Positions 1 to 9,259 of a stretch of 64,000 nt of DNA are shown piece after piece (positions within the stretch are counted from its first letter, which is position 1; every line of letters begins with the position of its first letter). The stretch covers positions 128,001 through 192,000 of the forward strand of contig CAWBMP010000003.1 in NCBI GenBank assembly GCA_963790025.1. The letters run 5' to 3'. The DNA comes from Nitrospirota bacterium. Its GTDB lineage: Bacteria; Nitrospirota; Thermodesulfovibrionia; Thermodesulfovibrionales; Dissulfurispiraceae. The notes beneath the pieces were generated by a model. It saw only the letters and a program-made list of their open reading frames with translations. It was not told the origin of the DNA and searched no databases. Both the position numbers and the translations under genes were made by a program.

Positions 1-251
1 AACTGGAAGATATTTCACGACATATGCAGACGTTTTCTCTGGTGAATGTGTTATCGTCCCCTCCTGATGACTGGGAAGGTGAACAAGGACAATTGGATGA
101 ATCGTTACTTCGTAAGTGGATACCTGAGCCTGATGGAGTGTGTTTCTGGGTGAGCGGTCCCCCTGGAATGGTTGGCGCATGCCGGGAACTGCTTAAACAA
201 ATTGGAGTCGAGGATCGAAGTATCCGCAACGACAGATTTATGGGATATTGA
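1..251 (+). CDS. FAD/NAD(P)-binding oxidoreductase (ferredoxin-NADP reductase-like), C-terminal part, truncated by window start
   Basis: Frame is open back to the window edge; FNR-family C-terminal motifs W-x-G-x-x-G, 'FWVSGPPGMV' and terminal 'DRFMGY'. Confidence 0.75.
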   Translation, partial: LEDISRHMQTFSLVNVLSSPPDDWEGEQGQLDESLLRKWIPEPDGVCFWVSGPPGMVGACRELLKQIGVEDRSIRNDRFMGY

Positions 252-305
252 TCTTAGCTGAATCGGCAGCAGGTACAAAAACATTAATAGACTAAAGGAG
301 GATGT

Positions 306-470
306 ATGTGCTACACATGCGGATGTGGAAGGCCGGATGACAGTATGGGTGACCCGAGAAATATCACTAACAAGTCATTTGAGGAGGCAGCAAAGGCTGC
401 TGGAGAGACACCGGATGAAGCAAAACAAAACGCTTTGAAGCTTCTAAAGAAGGTGTTCGGTGAAAAATAG
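306..470 (+). CDS. Small 54-aa Cys-motif protein (MCYTCGCGRPDDSMGDPRNITNKSFEEAAKAAGETPDEAKQNALKLLKKVFGEK), not in ORF track
   Basis: Strong SD AAGGAGG just upstream of ATG306; TAG at 468-470 is followed directly by a terminator. Confidence 0.8.
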   Translation: MCYTCGCGRPDDSMGDPRNITNKSFEEAAKAAGETPDEAKQNALKLLKKVFGEK

Positions 471-476
471 GACATT

Positions 477-513
477 AAAAAAACCCCCCGGAGTTTGTCT
501 CCGGGGGGTTTTT
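477..513. terminator. Bidirectional intrinsic terminator
   Basis: AAAAACCCCCCGGAG-tttgt-CTCCGGGGGGTTTTT perfect stem with A/T tails, between convergent genes. Confidence 0.9.
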
Positions 514-535
514 ATCAGTCAACTAACTTATTGAT

Positions 536-2299
536 TTAGAACAATCCACTGACCTTTCCAGTAGCGGTATCTACGTCAATCCTTCTGAATGCCGGATTTG
601 AACTCGTTCCGGGCATGAGGCTGATCGCGCCGGCGCAAGGGCACAGGAACTTGGCGCCGGAGTAGATGAGGACGTCCCTGATGGGCAGCGTCCAGCCATG
701 GGGCACTCCCTTGACAACCGGGTCGTGGGTGAGGCTCAGGTGGGTCTTGACCATCATGGTAGCGTAGTCGGCATACTTGGGATCGTCTTCCAGCATCTTG
801 GCCTTGGCTTCAGCTTCGGGCAGCCAGGAGACGCCGTCTGCGCCATATACTTCCTTCGCTATGAGGGCTACACGGTCGCGCAGTTTCATCTCGAGCGGGT
901 AGAGGAATTTAAACTCGGATTTCTCGTTGCAGGCATCTATGACTGCGTCAGCCAGTTCAAGAGCGCCTTCGCCGCCCTTGAGCCAGTGCTGGGACTCGGC
1001 GCAGCGGGCACCGGCAGCTTCTGCAGCCTTCTTGACCGCTTTCACTTCGGCATCTGTATCGGTATAAAAACGGTTGATGCAGACCACAGGGTTTATGCCG
1101 GACTTGCGTATAACGTTGATCATGTGGACCATGTTTGCGCATCCCTTTTCCACCAGAGCAACATTCTCCTTGGTGTATTCTTCAGGAAGCGCTTTTCCAG
1201 CCACAACCTTGGGGCCGCCGCCATGCATCTTGAGGGCGCGGATAGTGCTCGTGAGCACCGATACATGCGGTTTCAACCCGCTGAAACGGCACTTCACGTT
1301 CCAGAATTTTTCAAATCCGATGTCAGCAGCAAAACCGGACTCGGTCACATGGTAGTCGAACAGCTTCAGGGCGACCCGGTCGGCGATGATGGAGGACTGC
1401 CCGACAGCGATGTTGGCAAAAGGCCCGGCATGGACAAAGCACGGGTTGTATTCTGCCGTGCACATAAGTGTGGGGTTGATCGTGTTGCGCATAAAGGCGG
1501 TCATGGCGTTGCCGACTTCCAGGTCACCGGTGGTGACAGGCTTACCGCTTTTATCAAAGGCGACCGTTATATTGTTCAGGCGTTTTTTCAGGTCCGCCAG
1601 ATCCTTGGCCACGGCCAGGATAGCCATGCACTCCGACCCGACTGCGATTCCAAATTTCGACTGCATCATGAAGCCGTCCTGCCTCCCGCCTATCCCCATT
1701 ATGATATTGCGGAGGCCCTGTGCACAGAAGTCAATTATCCATCCCATTTCTATACGGGTGGGGTCGATGTCGAGCCGTTTCATCTTGGTAAGACGCTGGA
1801 GCTGCTCGTCGTTATAGTTGCGCTCGTGCTGCATGCGGGCATTCAGTGCTACCATGGCCAGGTTGTGGGCGTTCATTATGTCGTTGATGTCTCCAGTTAG
1901 CCCAAGGGAAAATTCGGTCATGGGGATCAGCAGGGAATTGCCGCCGCCGGCTGCGGTGCCCTTGACATTCATGGTAGGGCCGCCCGAAGGCTGGCGCAGG
2001 GCCCCGCCTACGTTCACTCCACGTTTTCCCAGTCCTTCCATCAATCCGCAGGATGTTGTGCTTTTTCCTTCGCCCAGAGGGGTCGGGGTGATGGCAGTCA
2101 CCTCGATGTATTTTCCGTCGGGCTTATCCTTGAGGCGGTTGATAATTTTGAGAAAGTCAATCTTGGACAGCCTGCCCATAGGCAGCATCTCGTCTTTCTG
2201 AAGTCCAAGTTTTTCGCGCCACTGCTCAGGGGTCGGCATGTGCTTTTCCGCTTCCTCGGAAATCTGCCAGTCAGCTAACTTCGTTGCATCGTAAGGCAT
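536..2299 (-). CDS. fhs: Formate--tetrahydrofolate ligase
   Basis: [37 protein letters not shown] and [15 protein letters not shown] motifs; SD GGAGG. Confidence 0.97.
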   Translation of the reverse strand: MPYDATKLADWQISEEAEKHMPTPEQWREKLGLQKDEMLPMGRLSKIDFLKIINRLKDKPDGKYIEVTAITPTPLGEGKSTTSCGLMEGLGKRGVNVGGALRQPSGGPTMNVKGTAAGGGNSLLIPMTEFSLGLTGDINDIMNAHNLAMVALNARMQHERNYNDEQLQRLTKMKRLDIDPTRIEMGWIIDFCAQGLRNIIMGIGGRQDGFMMQSKFGIAVGSECMAILAVAKDLADLKKRLNNITVAFDKSGKPVTTGDLEVGNAMTAFMRNTINPTLMCTAEYNPCFVHAGPFANIAVGQSSIIADRVALKLFDYHVTESGFAADIGFEKFWNVKCRFSGLKPHVSVLTSTIRALKMHGGGPKVVAGKALPEEYTKENVALVEKGCANMVHMINVIRKSGINPVVCINRFYTDTDAEVKAVKKAAEAAGARCAESQHWLKGGEGALELADAVIDACNEKSEFKFLYPLEMKLRDRVALIAKEVYGADGVSWLPEAEAKAKMLEDDPKYADYATMMVKTHLSLTHDPVVKGVPHGWTLPIRDVLIYSGAKFLCPCAGAISLMPGTSSNPAFRRIDVDTATGKVSGLF

Positions 2300-2427
2300 A
2301 ATAACCCTCCTTTAAAATGAAATTGAAAATATTCTCCAGTAGTGCAAATGCGTCATGTCTGCCGGGCTTATAAAGCAATACCAATGCATCTGTGCATTTC
2401 CCGCACGCACTTAGAGATAACCGGAAC

Positions 2428-2456
2428 ATTATAACAGTAATCCTTTATATCTTCAA
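2428..2456 (-). promoter_or_regulatory. sigma70-type promoter of fhs
   Basis: Minus strand reads TTGAAG-N17-TATAAT with extended -10 TG. Confidence 0.65.
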
Positions 2457-2579
2457 TATTATAAAAACAATTATTTTTATGGCTTTATTAATAAAGATAT
2501 AGTCTATGTTAAAATTAATATTTATGATATCAGGAGTGCCTCCGAAAGCAGGGGCACAAAAGTAATAAGTCGTCAAGGA

Positions 2580-5102
2580 ATGAGCGTGAATGAAGACATA
2601 AGTGGGAGATGGTGCAGTAGGGCATCGGAGCTGATCAAAAGCAGCCTGACAGGCAAATCAATAGTTTCAGATTTAACTGCTCAGGCTGACAAGGTGCTTT
2701 CGACAGCGTTCAGAACAGCAGTTAAAATGTCGGACGGTGTCCATGGTGAGTTGGCCCTCGTTGCGATCGGTGGTTACGGACGCAGTGAAATGGTGCCGTA
2801 TTCAGACATTGATATAATGCTGCTGTCCAGGGGAAGGGACAAAGAGACGACGGAACCGGCCCAATCGGTGCTTTACAAATTGTGGGATATGGGGTTGAAC
2901 ATAAGCCATTCTTTCAGGACCCTCGAGGAATGCCTGCAGGATTCGATTAAAGACTATAAGACCCGCACCGCTATTATTGATTCGAGGTTTCTGGCCGGCA
3001 GCAGAAAAGTTTACGATGAGTTTAGAAGGGACATTTATCCGAAAATATTATTTAAAAAGAAGCGCGATTTTGTAGGAGGCATACTTGGCGAAGTCAAAAC
3101 GAGACACAAGATATACGAAGGTTCAGTTTACCTGCTCGAGCCGAATATAAAAGACGGCATGGGCGGACTGCGGGATATTCACACTCTTACCTGGCTCTCA
3201 ACAGTTGTTTTGAAAATAGATAATATCTCCGGGCTGGCAGTAATTTTGCCGGAAAACGATTATCTGCATCTTATCAAAGCCTTTGACTATCTTCTCAGGC
3301 TGCGTTTGTGTCTGCATATAGCCTCAAAACGCAAGAACGATGTCCTGTCCTTTGAATTCCAGGACGCTGTTGCGCGGCTCATGGGCTTCAAAGATACAAA
3401 AAGGTTCGATGCAGCGGAAATAATGATGAGGCTCTTTTATAAGAAGGCCGAAGTAATCAGCAGCGGCCTTAGCAGGATTATGACCATTAGCGGCCGCAAG
3501 TACATTAACTTCCCCCTTAACCTGAGCATCAAACGCCTCAACGATGATTTTTACCTTGCAAAAAATGAAATAACTTTTAAAGACAAAGAGCTTTTCAGAA
3601 ATACAGATAAAATTATGGAGGCGTTCAGCATTTATTCGGCTTCAGGCAGGAAATTCAGTTATCAGCTAAAACAAAGTCTAAGGGGAAGGATGCGTTTTAT
3701 AAGCCGCAAGAGCCGAGCGTCAAGGAAGGCCGTGGCTTATTTCCTTGAAATATTGAATGGTGACAGGGTATATGAGACTCTGCGCGAGATGCATGAGACG
3801 GGGGTGCTTGACCGTCTTATTTATGAGTTTGGGAGGTTAAGGCATCTCGTAATTTATGAGATATATCACAGGTATACTGTTGATGAACATTCCCTGCTGG
3901 CTGTAAAGAATCTTGAAACACTTAAGAACAGTCAGCAGGCAAAGACAGGCTATCTAGCCGGCATACTAAAGAGAACGAGGCGGGATATTCTGTTTCTTGC
4001 GATCCTCTTGCATGACATCGGAAAGGGCCGATATGAAAGGCATGGCGGCAACCATCAGGAAGCGGGGTATAAAATGATGAAAGCCATTATGGAGCGTTTC
4101 GATATCGAGCATAAAGACAGGAGCAGGATCGAGTTTCTGGTAAGAAATCACTTTGTGCTGGCCAAGCTGGCACTCGCCAGGGATAGCGAGGAGCCTGAGA
4201 CAGTAATACAACTCGCGGAACTTGTTGAAAATGAAGAAAACCTTGATGCACTTTATCTGATGACGTATGCGGACATGACTGCGGTAAATCCTTCTTTTTG
4301 GACTGATTGGAAGGCGTATCTGTTTTACGACCTCTATGTGAAGACAAAAGATCATCTGCATGGAATAAAGGCCAAGCGATACTCGCCATCAGACAAAGGG
4401 CTGCAGGTATTCACCGAGTCAATGCCGGACAGGTATGTCGTTTCTGCCACCAATGAGACATTGCGGGCAGATTACCTGCTTGCCGGGCGGGTGCATGCGG
4501 AGTCGCTTGCGATAGAGGTGCATAAGAGACCTGACGGCACTGCCGAGATAACCGTGGCCACGAATGACAGGGCCGGGCTCTTCTCAAAAATTGTCGGCGT
4601 ACTGAGCTGCAAGGGACTTAATATTCTAAGGGCCCGAATTAATACAAGCAGCAATGCGTTGGCGCTCGATAAGATTTTACTTTCAAACTGGAGCGCCATC
4701 TGGTGGGAAGGGCTGGAGGAGCAGTTAAAAGCGGACCTTTACAATGCAATAGTTTTGGATGCCCCGGTTTGCGCTGAAAGAGGCGTTTTGAAACATACCT
4801 TTACGGGCAAAAGACTGGAGAGCTTCATCGAGATTGACAACGAGACGTCTGCGAGCCACTCGCTCCTTGAACTTTTGCTGCCGGACAGGATTGGTTTGTT
4901 GTTCGATATTTCAAAACGACTGGTTGAGCACGGGGTTTCTATAGCTTCAGCTGTTATAAACACTGAAGAAGGTGTGGCCCAGGATGTTTTTTATTTGCAA
5001 TATAATGGTGGTAAACTTACTACCGATTCTGTACTGAAAATCCTGGGAGCATTGTATGATTCTGAAATCGACAAAGAAGAGGTAATAGGGAATAGGCAAT
5101 AG
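2580..5102 (+). CDS. glnD: [Protein-PII] uridylyltransferase
   Basis: NTase AIGGYGR..PYSDIDI, EPNIKDGMGGLRD, HD domain (YHRYTVDEH, LLHDIGKG), two C-terminal ACT domains (DRAGLF, DRIGLL). Confidence 0.95.
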   Translation: MSVNEDISGRWCSRASELIKSSLTGKSIVSDLTAQADKVLSTAFRTAVKMSDGVHGELALVAIGGYGRSEMVPYSDIDIMLLSRGRDKETTEPAQSVLYKLWDMGLNISHSFRTLEECLQDSIKDYKTRTAIIDSRFLAGSRKVYDEFRRDIYPKILFKKKRDFVGGILGEVKTRHKIYEGSVYLLEPNIKDGMGGLRDIHTLTWLSTVVLKIDNISGLAVILPENDYLHLIKAFDYLLRLRLCLHIASKRKNDVLSFEFQDAVARLMGFKDTKRFDAAEIMMRLFYKKAEVISSGLSRIMTISGRKYINFPLNLSIKRLNDDFYLAKNEITFKDKELFRNTDKIMEAFSIYSASGRKFSYQLKQSLRGRMRFISRKSRASRKAVAYFLEILNGDRVYETLREMHETGVLDRLIYEFGRLRHLVIYEIYHRYTVDEHSLLAVKNLETLKNSQQAKTGYLAGILKRTRRDILFLAILLHDIGKGRYERHGGNHQEAGYKMMKAIMERFDIEHKDRSRIEFLVRNHFVLAKLALARDSEEPETVIQLAELVENEENLDALYLMTYADMTAVNPSFWTDWKAYLFYDLYVKTKDHLHGIKAKRYSPSDKGLQVFTESMPDRYVVSATNETLRADYLLAGRVHAESLAIEVHKRPDGTAEITVATNDRAGLFSKIVGVLSCKGLNILRARINTSSNALALDKILLSNWSAIWWEGLEEQLKADLYNAIVLDAPVCAERGVLKHTFTGKRLESFIEIDNETSASHSLLELLLPDRIGLLFDISKRLVEHGVSIASAVINTEEGVAQDVFYLQYNGGKLTTDSVLKILGALYDSEIDKEEVIGNRQ

Positions 5103-5180
5103 GCGATAGGCTCTGATAGACAAATAATTCCGCGAGGCATCATTCATGACCTGTTGCCTATTGCCCATCGCCTATTGCCT
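5081..5180. repeat. Inverted arrays of degenerate heptamer (GGCAATA)n ... (TATTGCC)n
   Basis: ggtaata gggaata ggcaata ggcgata ggc ... cctgttg cctattg cccatcg cctattg cct; overlaps the glnD stop. Confidence 0.8.
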
Positions 5181-5188
5181 GTATTATT

Positions 5189-8100
5189 TTGATGACGAAA
5201 AGAATTATATATATAGCTATAGCTGTACTGTTATTCGGCATTTTTTTATATGCCTCAAGAGGGCCTAACATATCTAATGCACTCAAGAGGATCATTTTGC
5301 CTGAACTCGAGACTGCGACGGGCAGAAAATTTATAGCCCAGAAGATTTACGTCAATCTCTTCCCTTTATTTGTTGAGATCAAAGGGCTCAAATCGTTTGA
5401 CGACAACGGTGAGCGGATTATCGAGGTCCAGAGAGTAAAAGGTTATATAGGACTCTCAGGCTTAATACAAAAAAAGGTTTTTATTAAAAGACTGGTCATT
5501 ACAGAGCCAAATCTCCGGACTGACAGAAAACAGATTGAAGATATTTCTGCTAACATAAAAAAATATCTCGCTCAAGAGCCGAAGATGCCGTTTAAGGTCG
5601 AAGTCAAATCGGTCACCATAGCCAATGCAGAGCTCTTTTATCAGGATAGTGACTACAAGCTGTTGCTGGGCGGGTTTAACTCAGATGTCATTATTGCAAG
5701 GAATCCCAAATTTATAGTTTCTTCGAAGAGAGTTGTTTTCGATAAAAAAGGATTAAATGAGGCAACAGGCGCCTTGGAATCGGTCTTCTATTTGAAAGAT
5801 ACTATTGTCGATCTTAAAAAGTTCAAAATCACCTCTGACAAGTCAGGCGTATTCACCTCCGGTTCGCTCGACACAAAAAGTCTTATCGGCAGGTTTCTGT
5901 CTGAGGCAACTGTATATGTCGATACCGTAAAGAAGATATTCGGATTGAAACGCAATGGAGAGGGAAGCCTTACTGTCAATGGGTCGATAGGAATTGACGG
6001 CCGGAAGCCCTGGATCGACTCTGTCTTCGTTGACATTAAGGTCGACGGTGATCTATTTCTTGAAACGCTTATGGAATTGCTGAAGGTAAAAGAAAAAATT
6101 GCCGGACATATAAACGTTGACGGTTTTTTGAAGGGCCCTATCGATAAGCTGCATGCTGAAGGTAAAGCGGTACTTGATAACGGCGTTCTATTCGGCGTAC
6201 CCATTGAAAGGCTGAGCTGCAAAGTTCTGTATCGTGACGGGGCAATGAGGTTCCTCAACGGGCATGCGCAGGTCCTTCATGGGAACGCCCTGGCCGAAGG
6301 TATGATAAGGCTTCCCGTTGTCAATTATTTTGAAGTCAAGGTAAAGGCGGAGGATGTCTCCAGCAGTGGGCTTTTAAAGTTGATAGGCTTGGACCGTGTG
6401 CTGCCCGAGGGAAAGGTGAGAGGTACTCTGGCATCATCAGGCAACGTCTTTGATCCTGAGGGCGAATTTTATTACAAGAGCACGGTGGCAGGCCGTGACG
6501 TGCTTGGCAGGGTCAGGGAGGCAAAAAGCCCCTTCATCATGAAAAACAATGTGATACATTTTGATAACATGTCCTTTGCTACAGATAAGTCCAAACTCTC
6601 GTCCTCGGGTTCTATAGACCTGAATAACAATACTTTGAGTTTTCAGGGTACAGGTGGGACAACGGATATAGGGGATTTGACATTTCCCTATTTTGCTGCA
6701 CTATCCGGACCTGCACGGTTTTCTCATGTAGTATCCGGAAGTCTTAATAATCCTGACATCGATCTGCATTTTGATGCGGAACAGACAGTCTTTTCGACCA
6801 AAGGCCTAGCCTCAACTGCTATCGTAAACAACAGTGTCTTTGTCTTTGACACAATAAATGGCGATGTAAATTACAGAAAAGACCGCCTGACCGTCAAATA
6901 TTTTTCGGCTGTTTCGAGGCCGGACCCGGGGGCGCCGCAGGAAAAAATCAGCGCCGGCGGCACTGTACTTTTTCCACGGGCTGGAGCATTGTTTGATCTT
7001 AAAAAGCCTGATTTCAACTTGTCCCTGTTTTTACAGAATATCGATATCAAGACACTCGTTGCTATGTTTACCGGGAAGGTAAAGGCAAGTGGAGTTTTGA
7101 ATACCTATTTCAATCTCTCGGGCGGTATCGATACAATAAGGCTTTCAGGGGATGTCCATGGGAGCGGTATGACTATAGCGGACCAATATGCACTCGATAG
7201 CGCTGACGGGCATGTCACATGGGAAGGCCGCTCGGTCAGTTTCAAAGCGCTGCGTTTAAAGAAGGGAGCTTCATCGGCAGAGATTACCGGGACAGTTGGT
7301 CCTCATGACAAATTCTCAATCAATGCAGCGGCCAGGTCCATTAAGGTTTCCGATATTATTTCTGAGAAACGCAGGGAGAAGCTTAAGGCACAATACAAGG
7401 AGCTTTTTGTCGACAATTTTTTTGACACTCTTTTTCTGTCCAATCTGAACATACGTGGTGAAGGGACTTTTGAGAGTCCGGTATTGTCATTAAAAAGCGA
7501 TATCAATGCTGGAGCTTACAGAGGTCGGCCTGTGGGCGGCGGTGATATACAGGGCACACTTAACGGAAAGCATGCAACAATCACTGCCCGTCTTCTTGAT
7601 AAAAAGATGACAATAAAAGGAGAGGCGCAACTTACGGAGAAGCTGCCATGGAACGCTTCTGCTGACTTGCAGTCCGCGCGGTATGATTTTATTTTTGCAA
7701 ATTTCTTGAAAGATGTTCCCGATGACCTGCTTATTAACTTAAGGGGGAATATTGTTGCGCGGGGCGATAAGGACCATATCAATGCCGTGGCAAACATCAG
7801 CAATGCCCATCTTTATTTTTACGGAAGCGGTTTTTCCAACAGTTCAGGCATAACACTGAGACTTGAAGACAAAAAACTCTCCATAGGATCAGTTTCCATG
7901 AAAAGTGAGACATCGGAAATCAGGATGGCCGGCGCCGTTTCTATCGGATCAGGGTACGATCTGCTCATTGAGGGTTCGTCGTCCCTGACGCCTCTGAAGG
8001 CGTTATCGAAAAATATCGATATCTTAAGGGGGGACGCATCTTTTGTCTTTGCAATTACCGGGGACTGGAACAGCCCGAAAATAAACGGAGACATGGATAT

Positions 8101-9259
8101 CGCGAACGGCAGCCTCGGTTTCAAAAACATCCACTATCGCCTCTCATCCGTTTCTGCCTATCTGTATTTCGATCAGGACCGTATCATACTTGACAGGTGT
8201 TCCGGAAAACTTTCGGGTGGCGATGTGACTGCAACAGGTACTGCATATTTGCAAAAGTTCACTATAAAACGGTTTGTTCTCAACTCCCGCCTCCGGGGCA
8301 TTACTGCATCTGTGTCCAAAGACTTCATTTTTAATTTCGACGCCGACCTCAATTATAGGGGCACGCTCGATACTCAAACAGTTCTAGGGGATATTGATAT
8401 AAAAAGAGCAAGATACACCGAGCGAATTGATTGGAAAAGCTGGCTTTTGAGGACACGCCAAAGAGAGAGACCGAAAATAGAATCGTCCAGGCTCGATACT
8501 ACTAATTTGAATGTCCGCGTATCGAGCCCCAACATTCTTATAGCCAATAACATAGCGAAGGCTGCCCTGAAAATGGATATTATTCTAAAAGGGACTATAG
8601 GGCAGCCGGTTGTTTTGGGGAAAGTCGAAGCAAAAGATGGTATCGTCTATTTCAGAAATAATGAATTCAAAATATTGCAGACGACTGTGGACTTCTCTAA
8701 TCCCAACCGTATTATCCCTTATTTTACCATAGTAGCTGAGACCAGGGTGAGAAACTACACCGTGAGACTCAGCCTGGACGGAACTATTGATCAGTTTAAT
8801 GTTTCTCTCTCTTCCGACCCGTTTTTGGCTGAGAGCGATATATTCAGCCTTTTGACTGTCGGGCAGATAGGAAGAAACCTGAAGGGCATGGAGGGAGGCA
8901 TCGGTGCAGGAGAGGCTACTTCGTTCCTTACAGGAAAAATGCAGGACGTCCTAGAAGAGCGCCTCAGGACAATTACAGGTTTCGACACTTTTCAGATAGA
9001 GCCTTCGGTATACTCAAAATCAACGGTAGACACAACAACAACGGTGTCTAAGTCCTCGGGAACACTTTCTCCCAGAGTAACTGCTACAAAAAAAATCGGA
9101 GACAACCTTTATGTCAGTTATAGCGCCGCTGTCGGAGCAGGTGAAGAGCAGATATGGAGGCTGGAATACCCCCTGGGACGGAACGTCTCACTTGTGGGTG
9201 ACAGGGATGAACTCGGGAGTATAGGCGGGGACATCAAGTTCCACTTTGGATTCAAATGA
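5189..9259 (+). CDS. tamB: Translocation/assembly module TamB-family (AsmA-like, DUF490) protein
   Basis: N-terminal membrane anchor, long beta-rich body, C-terminal DUF490-like 'LSSDPFLAESDIFSLL..G' and 'GGDIKFHFGF'; probable start ATG5192. Confidence 0.85.
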   Translation: MMTKRIIYIAIAVLLFGIFLYASRGPNISNALKRIILPELETATGRKFIAQKIYVNLFPLFVEIKGLKSFDDNGERIIEVQRVKGYIGLSGLIQKKVFIKRLVITEPNLRTDRKQIEDISANIKKYLAQEPKMPFKVEVKSVTIANAELFYQDSDYKLLLGGFNSDVIIARNPKFIVSSKRVVFDKKGLNEATGALESVFYLKDTIVDLKKFKITSDKSGVFTSGSLDTKSLIGRFLSEATVYVDTVKKIFGLKRNGEGSLTVNGSIGIDGRKPWIDSVFVDIKVDGDLFLETLMELLKVKEKIAGHINVDGFLKGPIDKLHAEGKAVLDNGVLFGVPIERLSCKVLYRDGAMRFLNGHAQVLHGNALAEGMIRLPVVNYFEVKVKAEDVSSSGLLKLIGLDRVLPEGKVRGTLASSGNVFDPEGEFYYKSTVAGRDVLGRVREAKSPFIMKNNVIHFDNMSFATDKSKLSSSGSIDLNNNTLSFQGTGGTTDIGDLTFPYFAALSGPARFSHVVSGSLNNPDIDLHFDAEQTVFSTKGLASTAIVNNSVFVFDTINGDVNYRKDRLTVKYFSAVSRPDPGAPQEKISAGGTVLFPRAGALFDLKKPDFNLSLFLQNIDIKTLVAMFTGKVKASGVLNTYFNLSGGIDTIRLSGDVHGSGMTIADQYALDSADGHVTWEGRSVSFKALRLKKGASSAEITGTVGPHDKFSINAAARSIKVSDIISEKRREKLKAQYKELFVDNFFDTLFLSNLNIRGEGTFESPVLSLKSDINAGAYRGRPVGGGDIQGTLNGKHATITARLLDKKMTIKGEAQLTEKLPWNASADLQSARYDFIFANFLKDVPDDLLINLRGNIVARGDKDHINAVANISNAHLYFYGSGFSNSSGITLRLEDKKLSIGSVSMKSETSEIRMAGAVSIGSGYDLLIEGSSSLTPLKALSKNIDILRGDASFVFAITGDWNSPKINGDMDIANGSLGFKNIHYRLSSVSAYLYFDQDRIILDRCSGKLSGGDVTATGTAYLQKFTIKRFVLNSRLRGITASVSKDFIFNFDADLNYRGTLDTQTVLGDIDIKRARYTERIDWKSWLLRTRQRERPKIESSRLDTTNLNVRVSSPNILIANNIAKAALKMDIILKGTIGQPVVLGKVEAKDGIVYFRNNEFKILQTTVDFSNPNRIIPYFTIVAETRVRNYTVRLSLDGTIDQFNVSLSSDPFLAESDIFSLLTVGQIGRNLKGMEGGIGAGEATSFLTGKMQDVLEERLRTITGFDTFQIEPSVYSKSTVDTTTTVSKSSGTLSPRVTATKKIGDNLYVSYSAAVGAGEEQIWRLEYPLGRNVSLVGDRDELGSIGGDIKFHFGFK

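Noticed and set aside
698..1900. 400-aa plus-strand ORF
   Set aside because: Antisense shadow of fhs; no recognisable motifs
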